From Spirochaetia bacterium (GTDB lineage Bacteria; Spirochaetota; Spirochaetia; SZUA-6; Bin103), in the NCBI GenBank assembly GCA_965203055.1, contig OZ241863.1, positions 2,976,001 through 3,040,000 on the forward strand: 64,000 bases of DNA, in the 5' to 3' direction. Made by a program: the position numbers and the translations under genes. Shown here one piece after another: positions 9,774 through 17,311 of this stretch. The notes under the pieces were generated by a model that was not told the origin of the DNA, made no database searches, and worked only from the letters and a program-made list of their open reading frames with translations. The first letter of the stretch is position 1. Each line of letters begins with the position of its first letter.

Positions 9774-12104
9774 TCACGGCCCCTGCGCCGCGGCCGGCGC
9801 CTCGATCTCCGCGCTCCAGAGCTGGCCCTGCCCGCTGATGAACTGGCCGGTGCGGAGGCCGGCGATCGCGTATTCCGGCAACGGCGCCAGCGCCACGCAC
9901 GCTTCGCCGAGCCGCACCCCATGTTCCCGGTAGTCGAAGCTCAGGTTCTCGAAGCCGTACGGCCGGTCGTGCGCGGCAAGGTCCTCCGCGTCCGCCGGAA
10001 TCACGTGCAGGAAGAACCGCTCCCGCACGTCCGCCGCGGCGCACGGCTCCTTGTGGAAGGTCAGCACGCCGCCGTCGAGATAGAGGTCGAAGGCGGCGCG
10101 GGCGGCCGGCTCGCCCCGGTCCCCGGCGGAGATCGCCTGATGCGCCTGCCAAAACCGGCTCACGGACGGTTCCGTCGCGGCAAGGTCGATGGTCGCTTCG
10201 ATCAGGGCGCCTGCGCCGGGGACCAGCCGGCCGATTTCGAGCGCCCGGATCGGGTAGTCCGGCAAGATGCGGCGTATCATACACCGCCCGTCGAAGCGCA
10301 CCCCGTAGTGGCCGAACCGGAAGGTGAACGGATACCGGCCGCCGTCGCGGCGGATCAGGGGAAGATCATCGACCTCGACGGGAGCGGCCCGTAGCGTGAA
10401 CGGATGCGCGGTATCCTCCGGGCGGCACGCTTCCTTGACGTAGGTCAGCGTCCGGCCGTCGAGATAGAGGTCGAACTCCGACCGGAATAGCGGCTCCCCG
10501 GCGACCGTCGCGCGGTACGCTTGGCGATAGCGGTCGGCGGTGGCTTGGTCGACCCGGGACAGGTCGACTGCGGTGACCGCGAGCACGGTGTTGTGGTAGA
10601 TGCGGCGCGCGTAGAGGACCGGACCGAACGGCGGTTCCGTGCCAAGATGCCGGTAATCGGTGGCGAAGGAGAAGTCGGCCGCCCTGCCTGCTTCGTCGGC
10701 AATGAATAGCCGGCGCCGTTCCTCCGCCGGCAGGATGGACGCATTGCGCCGCACGTTGTGACTCCAGACGAAGGTCCGGTCCACGTAGCTCGGCGACTCG
10801 GGGTAGCGTTCGAGCAGAAATTCCAGCCCTTCCCGGTACTGGGTGCCCCAATACATCACCTGATAGCGGGTGTTCAGGCGCTCCGGGGTGCGGCGGTCGA
10901 CCAGGAAGTTGAAGTAGGCCTGTTGATGGGGATGGAGGCGCGCGATGTCGACCGCCATGCCGGCCAGCGCCGCCGCGGCCAGAGCGTAGAGTCCGCGCCG
11001 CAGCCACGGTTGGGGAGCGGCGGCGAGCAGCCGGCGCAGGCCGAAGACGGCCAGCAGGCACAGCGGGGCGTACAGGAAGTACATGTGGCGCCAACCGTTG
11101 TAGAGGTTGGAGCGCAGCGCCATGACGGCGGCGATCGGGAGCAGCAGGCAGGCGAGCAGCAGGAACAGGAAGCGCACGCCGGTATTGCGGACCAGTGCAC
11201 CGGGGCGGGCGGCGCCGCGACCGATCACGGCCGCGACGCCGAACAGGCACAGCAGCAGGGTGGCCGGCGGCGTGGTGATCGCCATCCAGGTGGGCAGGTA
11301 GTGCGGCGGAATCTCCGGCCAGCGCACCAGCTCGCCCTGGAACAGCGTCGCACTGCGGGAGGGATGGTGCGTGAACGTGGCGACGGCGTCGATCAGCTCC
11401 AGCGGGTTGCGCCAGAGATTGGGGGAAACCGCGTACAGGGTCGCCGCCGCGGCCAGCAGGAACGCGCCGGCGGTCGCCAGCGCGCGGCGCCGCTCCCCCG
11501 GCCCGTCGGCCCGCAGCAGATCAAGCGCCCGCAGCGCCGGCACCGCCGCGCACAGCAGCAGGCCCATGACGCGCAGGTTGACCAGCACGCCCACGCTCAG
11601 CCCGCAGAGCGCGAACGCGCCGGCGGTGTCGCGGCGGAAGGCGCGCTGCGTCAGGTAGAGCGCGATCATGAACATGACCAGGAAGGGGATGTCCTTGGTG
11701 TTGAAGAAGGAGTGGGCGTACAGGCGAGGCTGCAGCAGGAACAGCAGCAGGGCGAACAGCGCCAGCCGGCGGTCGCGGAACAGGCGGAAGGCGAGCAGCC
11801 AGCAGAAGAAGCCGCCGGTGAGGAAGGACAGGTGGGTCAGCAGGTGGCGGCTGAGGTAGATGGCGCGGCTGTCGGTGAGGCCGAGCAGCCGCTCGACCAG
11901 GATCAGCGGCGCTTCGAACGCGACTCCGTAGTATCGGTCATGGTGGTCCGGCAGAGCGCCGGCGTCGCCCAGCGCGTAGGCGACCGCCATCTGGCCGATG
12001 CGGCGCTGCTTGAGCGTATCGTGCGCCACGCCGTAGTCGTCGAGGACGGCGGCGCCCACCGCCGCGAACGCGATGAGCGCGACGAGCGCGTCACGCCACG
12101 GCAA
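9774..12104 (-). CDS. GT-C membrane glycosyltransferase GT3 with two C-terminal modules; possibly phase-variable from ATG 12309
   Basis: Paralogue of GT1/GT2 with DDYGVAHDT. The reading frame stays open upstream through the repeat tract. Confidence 0.8.
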   Translation of the reverse strand: MPWRDALVALIAFAAVGAAVLDDYGVAHDTLKQRRIGQMAVAYALGDAGALPDHHDRYYGVAFEAPLILVERLLGLTDSRAIYLSRHLLTHLSFLTGGFFCWLLAFRLFRDRRLALFALLLFLLQPRLYAHSFFNTKDIPFLVMFMIALYLTQRAFRRDTAGAFALCGLSVGVLVNLRVMGLLLCAAVPALRALDLLRADGPGERRRALATAGAFLLAAAATLYAVSPNLWRNPLELIDAVATFTHHPSRSATLFQGELVRWPEIPPHYLPTWMAITTPPATLLLCLFGVAAVIGRGAARPGALVRNTGVRFLFLLLACLLLPIAAVMALRSNLYNGWRHMYFLYAPLCLLAVFGLRRLLAAAPQPWLRRGLYALAAAALAGMAVDIARLHPHQQAYFNFLVDRRTPERLNTRYQVMYWGTQYREGLEFLLERYPESPSYVDRTFVWSHNVRRNASILPAEERRRLFIADEAGRAADFSFATDYRHLGTEPPFGPVLYARRIYHNTVLAVTAVDLSRVDQATADRYRQAYRATVAGEPLFRSEFDLYLDGRTLTYVKEACRPEDTAHPFTLRAAPVEVDDLPLIRRDGGRYPFTFRFGHYGVRFDGRCMIRRILPDYPIRALEIGRLVPGAGALIEATIDLAATEPSVSRFWQAHQAISAGDRGEPAARAAFDLYLDGGVLTFHKEPCAAADVRERFFLHVIPADAEDLAAHDRPYGFENLSFDYREHGVRLGEACVALAPLPEYAIAGLRTGQFISGQGQLWSAEIEAPAAAQGP

Positions 12105-12110
12105 GCCGCC

Positions 12111-12286
12111 GGTTCGGCGGTTCGGCGGTTCGGCGGTTCGGCGGTTCGGCGGTTCGGCGGTTCGGCGGTTCGGCGGTTCGGCGGTTCGGCGGTTCGGCGG
12201 TTCGGCGGTTCGGCGGTTCGGCGGTTCGGCGGTTCGGCGGTTCGGCGGTTCGGCGGTTCGGCGGTTCGGCGGTTCGGCGGTTCGGC
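12111..12286. repeat. Simple sequence repeat (GGTTCGGC)22
   Basis: 176 bp of perfect 8-bp tandem units, counted by hand. Confidence 0.95.
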
Positions 12287-12289
12287 GAC

Positions 12290-12395
12290 AGGATGCCTCG
12301 TATTGCCATAAGGTGTCAACCTACTCGGCATTTTCATTTGCTGTTGCTGCTGCATTTTGCTTGCTTTGCCGCACGTAAACCTTCCTCGAACATGG
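12290..12395 (-). promoter_or_regulatory. A-rich upstream element U with TTGACA, upstream of GT3
   Basis: Minus strand gcaaaatgcagcagcaacagcaaatgaaaatgccgagtaggTTGACAccttATGgcaatacgaggCATCCT; nearly identical copy at 17142-17250. Confidence 0.6.
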
Positions 12396-12460
12396 GCACG
12401 TCACTTTGTCACTTTGGTGGGGGCTGACCGCCCGTTCGGCTGCACGCCGGCGGGCGCCAG

Positions 12461-12741
12461 CGCCGAAGTCGAGGCGCACCACCGGGCGGCGCTTGGACCA
12501 CTCCGAGTGATCGTGCACGTGCAGGCCGCGGAACAGCTCCTCGCTGCCCTCGAACAGTTCCTTGATGGTGTCCAGCAGCAGGCTCTTGCCGAACCGCCGC
12601 GGGCGCGACGGAAGTAGTGCGTGCCTCCCCACACCAAGCACAGGATGAAGGCGGTCTTGTCGACGTAGTAGCGTAGTAGCAGTCGTCCTCGCGGAGCTTG
12701 CGGAAGGTCTGAATGCCGGTCGGCAGCTTCCTGCGCGTCAT
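12461..12741 (-). pseudogene. 5' fragment of an AAA-nuclease gene, frameshifted and truncated
   Basis: MTRRKLPTGIQTFRKLREDDCYY, an 8-bp duplication (ctactacg), a further indel, and homology ending at RLDFG. Confidence 0.85.
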
Positions 12742-12823
12742 GGGCGCGTCTCGGTGCGGCGCGGTCACTGTGCGGCCATGATAGCCGAACGGCGCGCGGC
12801 TATCATCCGCTCATCCGCCGGCC
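12742..12823. repeat. Linker L with perfect 10-bp inverted repeat
   Basis: ATGATAGCCG (12778-12787)-9 nt-CGGCTATCAT (12797-12806). Confidence 0.85.
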
Positions 12824-12946
12824 TCACGGCCCCTGCGCCGCGGCCGGCGCCTTGATCTCCGCGCTCCAGAGCTGGCCCTCCCCGCTGATGAACTGGCCGG
12901 TGCGGAGGCCGGCGATCGCGTATTCCGGCAACGGCGCCAGCCTCAT
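12824..12946 (-). pseudogene. 3'-terminal remnant of a GT gene, now a 40-aa mini-ORF
   Basis: MRLAPLPEYAIAGLRTGQFISGEGQLWSAEIKAPAAAQGP-stop, near-identical to the end of GT3. Confidence 0.8.
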
Positions 12947-13003
12947 GGTTTCCTGACCGCCGCGCAGCGCCGTCGAACGGCACGCCGGCGCTGGGGCGGG
13001 GCG

Positions 13004-14545
13004 TCAGGCGCGGGCCACCTCGAAGGCGGCGATGTTGCGTGCCTCGCGGCTGAACTCCACGCCGAGCAGGTGGATCGGTTCGCCCAGGCCGCGGTACTTC
13101 TCCGCGTAGCCGCGCGCCTGCAACTGCGCCAGCGCGGCGCCCTCCGGCTCCAGCTCCACCACCTTGAACTCGAACAGATAGACGTTGCCCCGGTACCGCA
13201 CCGCCAGATCGACCCGCCCGCGGCTGCTCGAATCCTCGACCGTGACGTCCAGCCCCACCGCCGCGAACCAGGAATAGCAGACGCTCGCGTAGTAGCCCTC
13301 GTAGCGCGCGATGTCGTTGCGTGTGTGCCACTCGTAGGGGATGCCGGCGAAGAACGCCCGGAACAGCGCCTCCAACCCGGCGAAGTCGTTCGCCGCCAGC
13401 AGCCGGCGCAAGCGTGGGCGGTCCGCGGCCTGACCGGCGGCGCCGAGCGCGCGAAGCAGGCTGCGGTTGAGGCTCTGGCGCACCTCGCGGTTGGGATAGC
13501 CGAGCCGGTAGAGCGCCTCGCCATCGTCGTCTTCGACGTCCCGAATGGTCAGGTAGCCGGTCTGGAACAGCAGCGCCGCCGGCTCCATCTCCTCCACGTC
13601 GAACGCGGACAGCAGCTCGGCGCCGGCCAGCATCCCGTCCAGCTCCGGCGAGGCGACGCCGCGCTCGATCAGGATGTCGATCAGAAACGACGGCGTGCCG
13701 GTCTCGAACCAATGGGCGGCGAACTCCCGGCGGTCGAACAGCAGCAGGATGTCGAACGGGTTGTAGACCCGATCGTCACCGCGCCAGTTATAGCCGTTGT
13801 ACCAATCGCGGATCCGTTCGCGGTCCAGCCCGGCCAACTCCGGCGCGAACACCATGTCGAGATCCGCTTCGGTGTAGCCGCAGATCGCCGCATAGCGCGG
13901 ATCCAGCGTGATGTCGATCAGATTGTTGAGGCCGGAGAAGACGCTGACCTTGGAGAACTTGCTCACCCCGGTCAGCAGCGTGAAGTGGATGTGCGCGTCG
14001 GCGAACTTCACGTTCGAGTAGAGGCTGCGCAAGAGCCGGCGGTTGGCGGCCGCGATCGCCGGCGTCCCCAGCGCGTCCAGGATCGGCTTGTCGTACTCGT
14101 CGACCAGCACCGCCACCCGCCGGCCGGCGCTCCGGTGCAGCTCCTCCAGCAGGCGCCGGAAGCGGATCGGCGCGGAGGCGCTGCGCGCGCTCGCGCCGGC
14201 GGCCGTCTCGAGCGCCGTCAACTGATCGGCCAGGTCTTCTTGCAGACCGTCCGGCGCCGAGTAGTCGCCGCCGCCGAAGTCGAGGCGCACCACCGGGCGG
14301 CGTTTCGACCACTCCCAGTGGTCGTGCACGTACAGGCCGCGGAACAGCTCCTCGCTGCCCTCGAACAGTTCCTTGATGGTGTCGACCAGCAGGCTCTTGC
14401 CGAAGCGGCGCGGGCGCGACAGGAAGTAATGCGTGCCGGCGCGCGTCAGGCGGAGGATGAAGGCGGTCTTGTCGACGTAGTAGCAGTCGTCCTCGCGGAG
14501 CTTGCGGAAGGTCTGAATGCCGATCGGCAGTTTCCGGCGCGTCAT
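13004..14545 (-). CDS. AAA-ATPase-like / PD-(D/E)XK nuclease protein, copy 2
   Basis: Same motifs as copy 1, 513 aa. Confidence 0.9.
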   Translation of the reverse strand: MTRRKLPIGIQTFRKLREDDCYYVDKTAFILRLTRAGTHYFLSRPRRFGKSLLVDTIKELFEGSEELFRGLYVHDHWEWSKRRPVVRLDFGGGDYSAPDGLQEDLADQLTALETAAGASARSASAPIRFRRLLEELHRSAGRRVAVLVDEYDKPILDALGTPAIAAANRRLLRSLYSNVKFADAHIHFTLLTGVSKFSKVSVFSGLNNLIDITLDPRYAAICGYTEADLDMVFAPELAGLDRERIRDWYNGYNWRGDDRVYNPFDILLLFDRREFAAHWFETGTPSFLIDILIERGVASPELDGMLAGAELLSAFDVEEMEPAALLFQTGYLTIRDVEDDDGEALYRLGYPNREVRQSLNRSLLRALGAAGQAADRPRLRRLLAANDFAGLEALFRAFFAGIPYEWHTRNDIARYEGYYASVCYSWFAAVGLDVTVEDSSSRGRVDLAVRYRGNVYLFEFKVVELEPEGAALAQLQARGYAEKYRGLGEPIHLLGVEFSREARNIAAFEVARA

Positions 14546-14613
14546 GGCGCGTCTCGATGCGGCGCGGTCATGGTCCGGCCATGATAGCCGAACCCCGTGC
14601 GGCTATCATCCGC
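14546..14613. repeat. Linker L with perfect 10-bp inverted repeat
   Basis: ATGATAGCCG (14581-14590)-9 nt-CGGCTATCAT (14600-14609). Confidence 0.85.
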
Positions 14614-16947
14614 TCATTCGCCGGAGTCGGCCTCACGGCCCTGCGCCGCGGCCGGCGCCGCAATCTCCGCGCTCCAGAGCTGGCCTTCGCCGCTGATGAA
14701 CTGGCCGGTGCGGAGGCCGGCGATCTCATACTTCGGCAACGGCGCCAGCGCCACGCACGCCGCGCCGAACAGCGCCCCGTGTTCCCGGTAGTCGAAGTCC
14801 CGGTTCTCGAAGCCGCGCAGCCGGTCTTGCGGGGACAGAGCCCCGGCGTCCGCGGGAATCACGTGCAGGAAGAACCGCGCCCGCAGGTCCTCCGCCGCGC
14901 ACGGCTCCTTGTGATACGCCAGCACCGTTCCGTTCAGATAGAGGTCGAACGCTCCGCGCGCGGCCGGCGCTCCCCAGGCGCCGGAGCGGATCGCGGCGCT
15001 CGCATCCCGATAGCGCTGCGCGGTCGGTCCGGCCGCGAACTCGACGCTCCACAGTTGGGGCCAGCCGCGGGTTTCGAACTGCCCGGTACGGATGCGCGTG
15101 AACTCGTAATCGGGCAGTGCCACGACCGCCACGCAGGCGCCGTCGATCCGCGCGCCGCCCTCCCAGAGATAGAAGTCCCAGTTGTCGAACCCCGACTCCC
15201 GCTGGTGGGCGGGCAGGTCGGCGGCATCCGCGGGGAAGACGTGCAGGGAGAACTTCTTCTCATCCAGGTCCTCCACCGGGCAGCTATCCTTGACATAGGT
15301 CAGCGTGGTGCCGTCGAGATACAGGTCGTAGTCCGAACTGGCGACCGGCTCCCGCGACCGTGCGGAGCGGTACGCTTCCCGGAAGTCGGCCACGGTCGCA
15401 GCGTCGAGCTGCGCCGGGTCGAGGGCGGCCACCGTGAGGATGGTGTTGTGGTAGATGCGGCGCGCATAGACCGCGGGCGAGAACGGGAAGCTGCGGCGGT
15501 GATTGGCACGAGTATGATTGGTGATGGCGTAGTGATGGGTCGCCGCGGCGTCATGCGCGCGGTCGGAGATGACGATTCTGCGGCGCTCGGCCGCCGGGAG
15601 TATGCGCAGATTGGCGCTGACGAGCGCGTATCTCCAGTTCTTCGCCGCAACGACGTGGACCGTTTCCTGCGGGTGGCGGCGGAGCAGATGCTCCAGCCCC
15701 TCGCGGTAGGCCGGCCCCCAGTACTCCATCTCGTAGCGGGTGCGCAGGTATTCGGGGGTGCGGCGGTCGACCAGGAAGTTGAAGTAGACCATCTGATGGG
15801 GATGGATCAGCGCCATCTCGACCGCGGCCGCGGCCAAGCCCGCCGCGGCCAGCGCGTAGATGCCGCGCCGGAGCCACCGCCGCCCGCCCCGCGGCGGCAG
15901 CAGCCGGCGCAGGCCGTAGACCGCCAGCAGGGCCAGCGGCGCGGCCAGGAAGTACATCTGCCGCCAGCCGTTGTAGAGATTGGCGTCGACCGCGATGACG
16001 GCCGCGACCGGCAGCGCCAGGCAGGCGACCAGCAGCGCCCCGAAGCGCGTGACGGGGGTGTTGCGGAGGACCTCGCGCGGGCGCGTCAGGCTGCGCGCGA
16101 ACACGGCGACGATTCCGGCCAGGCTCAGCAGCAGCGCCGCCGGCGGCGTGGTGATCGCCATCCAGGTCGGCAGGTAGTGCGGCGGAACCTCCGGCCAGCG
16201 CACCATTTCGCCTTGAAACAGTGTTGGAATAGGGGAGGGATGGCGCGCGAACGTGACGACGGCGTCGATCAGCTCAAACGGGTCGCGCCAGAGATGGGGC
16301 GAGACCGCGTACAGGGCCGCCGCCGCGGCCAGCAGGAACGCCCCGGCGGTCGCCAGCGCGCGCCTCCGCTCCGCCGGCCCATGCGCCTGCAGCAGGTCGA
16401 GCGCCCGCAGCGCCGGCACCGCGGCGCACAGCAGCAGGCCCATGACGCGCAGGTTGACCAGCACGCCCACGCCCAGCCCGCAGAGCGCGAACGCCCCGGC
16501 GGTGTCGCGGCGGAAGGCGCGCTGCACCAAGTAGAGCGCGATCATGAACATCGCCAGGAAGGGGATGTCCTTGGTGTTGAAGAAGGAGTGGGCGTACAGG
16601 CGGGGCTGCAGCAGGAACAGCAGCAGGGCGAACAGCGCCAGCCGGCGGTCGCGGAACAGGCGGAAGGCGAGCAGCCAGCAGAAGAAGCCGCCGGTGAGGA
16701 AGAACAGGTGGGTCAGCAGGTGGCGGCTGAGGTAGACGGCGCGGCTGTCGGTGAGGCCGAGCAGCCGTTCGACCAGGATCAGCGGCGCCTCGAACGCGAC
16801 TCCGTAGTACCGGTTGTGGTCGGTCGGCAGGGCGCCGGCGTCGCCCAGCGCGTAGGCGATCCGCGTCTGGCCGATGCGGCGCTGGTGGTGCTCATCCCAC
16901 GATATGCCGTAGTCGTCGAGCACGGCGGCGCCCAGCGCCGCGAACAC
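14614..16947 (-). CDS. GT-C membrane glycosyltransferase GT4 with two C-terminal modules; possibly phase-variable from ATG 17161
   Basis: DDYGISWDE. Homology continues in frame upstream of GTG 16947 (PWRDALIALAV) with no in-frame start codon, so the real start lies beyond the repeat. Confidence 0.8.
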   Translation of the reverse strand: MFAALGAAVLDDYGISWDEHHQRRIGQTRIAYALGDAGALPTDHNRYYGVAFEAPLILVERLLGLTDSRAVYLSRHLLTHLFFLTGGFFCWLLAFRLFRDRRLALFALLLFLLQPRLYAHSFFNTKDIPFLAMFMIALYLVQRAFRRDTAGAFALCGLGVGVLVNLRVMGLLLCAAVPALRALDLLQAHGPAERRRALATAGAFLLAAAAALYAVSPHLWRDPFELIDAVVTFARHPSPIPTLFQGEMVRWPEVPPHYLPTWMAITTPPAALLLSLAGIVAVFARSLTRPREVLRNTPVTRFGALLVACLALPVAAVIAVDANLYNGWRQMYFLAAPLALLAVYGLRRLLPPRGGRRWLRRGIYALAAAGLAAAAVEMALIHPHQMVYFNFLVDRRTPEYLRTRYEMEYWGPAYREGLEHLLRRHPQETVHVVAAKNWRYALVSANLRILPAAERRRIVISDRAHDAAATHHYAITNHTRANHRRSFPFSPAVYARRIYHNTILTVAALDPAQLDAATVADFREAYRSARSREPVASSDYDLYLDGTTLTYVKDSCPVEDLDEKKFSLHVFPADAADLPAHQRESGFDNWDFYLWEGGARIDGACVAVVALPDYEFTRIRTGQFETRGWPQLWSVEFAAGPTAQRYRDASAAIRSGAWGAPAARGAFDLYLNGTVLAYHKEPCAAEDLRARFFLHVIPADAGALSPQDRLRGFENRDFDYREHGALFGAACVALAPLPKYEIAGLRTGQFISGEGQLWSAEIAAPAAAQGREADSGE

Positions 16948-16980
16948 CGCCAGCGCGATGAGCGCGTCACGCCACGGCGT

Positions 16981-17139
16981 GTTCGGCGGTTCGGCGGTTC
17001 GGCGGTTCGGCGGTTCGGCGGTTCGGCGGTTCGGCGGTTCGGCGGTTCGGCGGTTCGGCGGTTCGGCGGTTCGGCGGTTCGGCGGTTCGGCGGTTCGGCG
17101 GTTCGGCGGTTCGGCGGTTCGGCGGTTCGGCGGTTCGGC
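16981..17139. repeat. Simple sequence repeat (GTTCGGCG)~20
   Basis: 159 bp of the same octamer. Confidence 0.95.
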
Positions 17140-17141
17140 AC

Positions 17142-17250
17142 AGGATGCCTCGTATTGCCATAAGGTGTCAACCTACTCGGCATTTTCATTTGCTTTTGCT
17201 GCTGCATTTTGCTGCTTGCCTTGCCGCACGTAACCTCTTCCTCGAACACC
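17142..17250 (-). promoter_or_regulatory. A-rich upstream element U with TTGACA, upstream of GT4
   Basis: Second copy of 12290-12395. Confidence 0.6.
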
Positions 17251-17311
17251 GGCGGTTGCCTTGAACTGCTCTACTTTGCCGTCACCCGGTGGGGACTGGC
17301 CGCTCGTTCGG

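Noticed and set aside
9694..10284. N-terminal extension of ASST1 in the ORF track (likewise 20911-21093 for AAA3 and 1181-1411 for Uma2)
   Set aside because: They overlap the upstream gene or the linker in another frame, and paralogue alignment or promoter position gives shorter starts.
11903..12378. Short ORFs encoding (RRFGGSAV)n or (PNRRTAEP)n as independent repeat proteins (also 16779-17249)
   Set aside because: They arise because the octamer has no stop codon in any frame. Only the ATG-led MAIRGIL frame has support from the GT2 paralogue.
12588..12601. Octamer-like sequence in the RRFG codons of the AAA pseudogene as the origin of the SSR
   Set aside because: It is only about 12 bp, in the opposite orientation, and absent from the intact AAA copies, so chance is likely.
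12111..17139. Octamer tracts as CRISPR arrays
   Set aside because: They are head-to-tail 8-bp units with no unique spacers, and no cas genes are visible.
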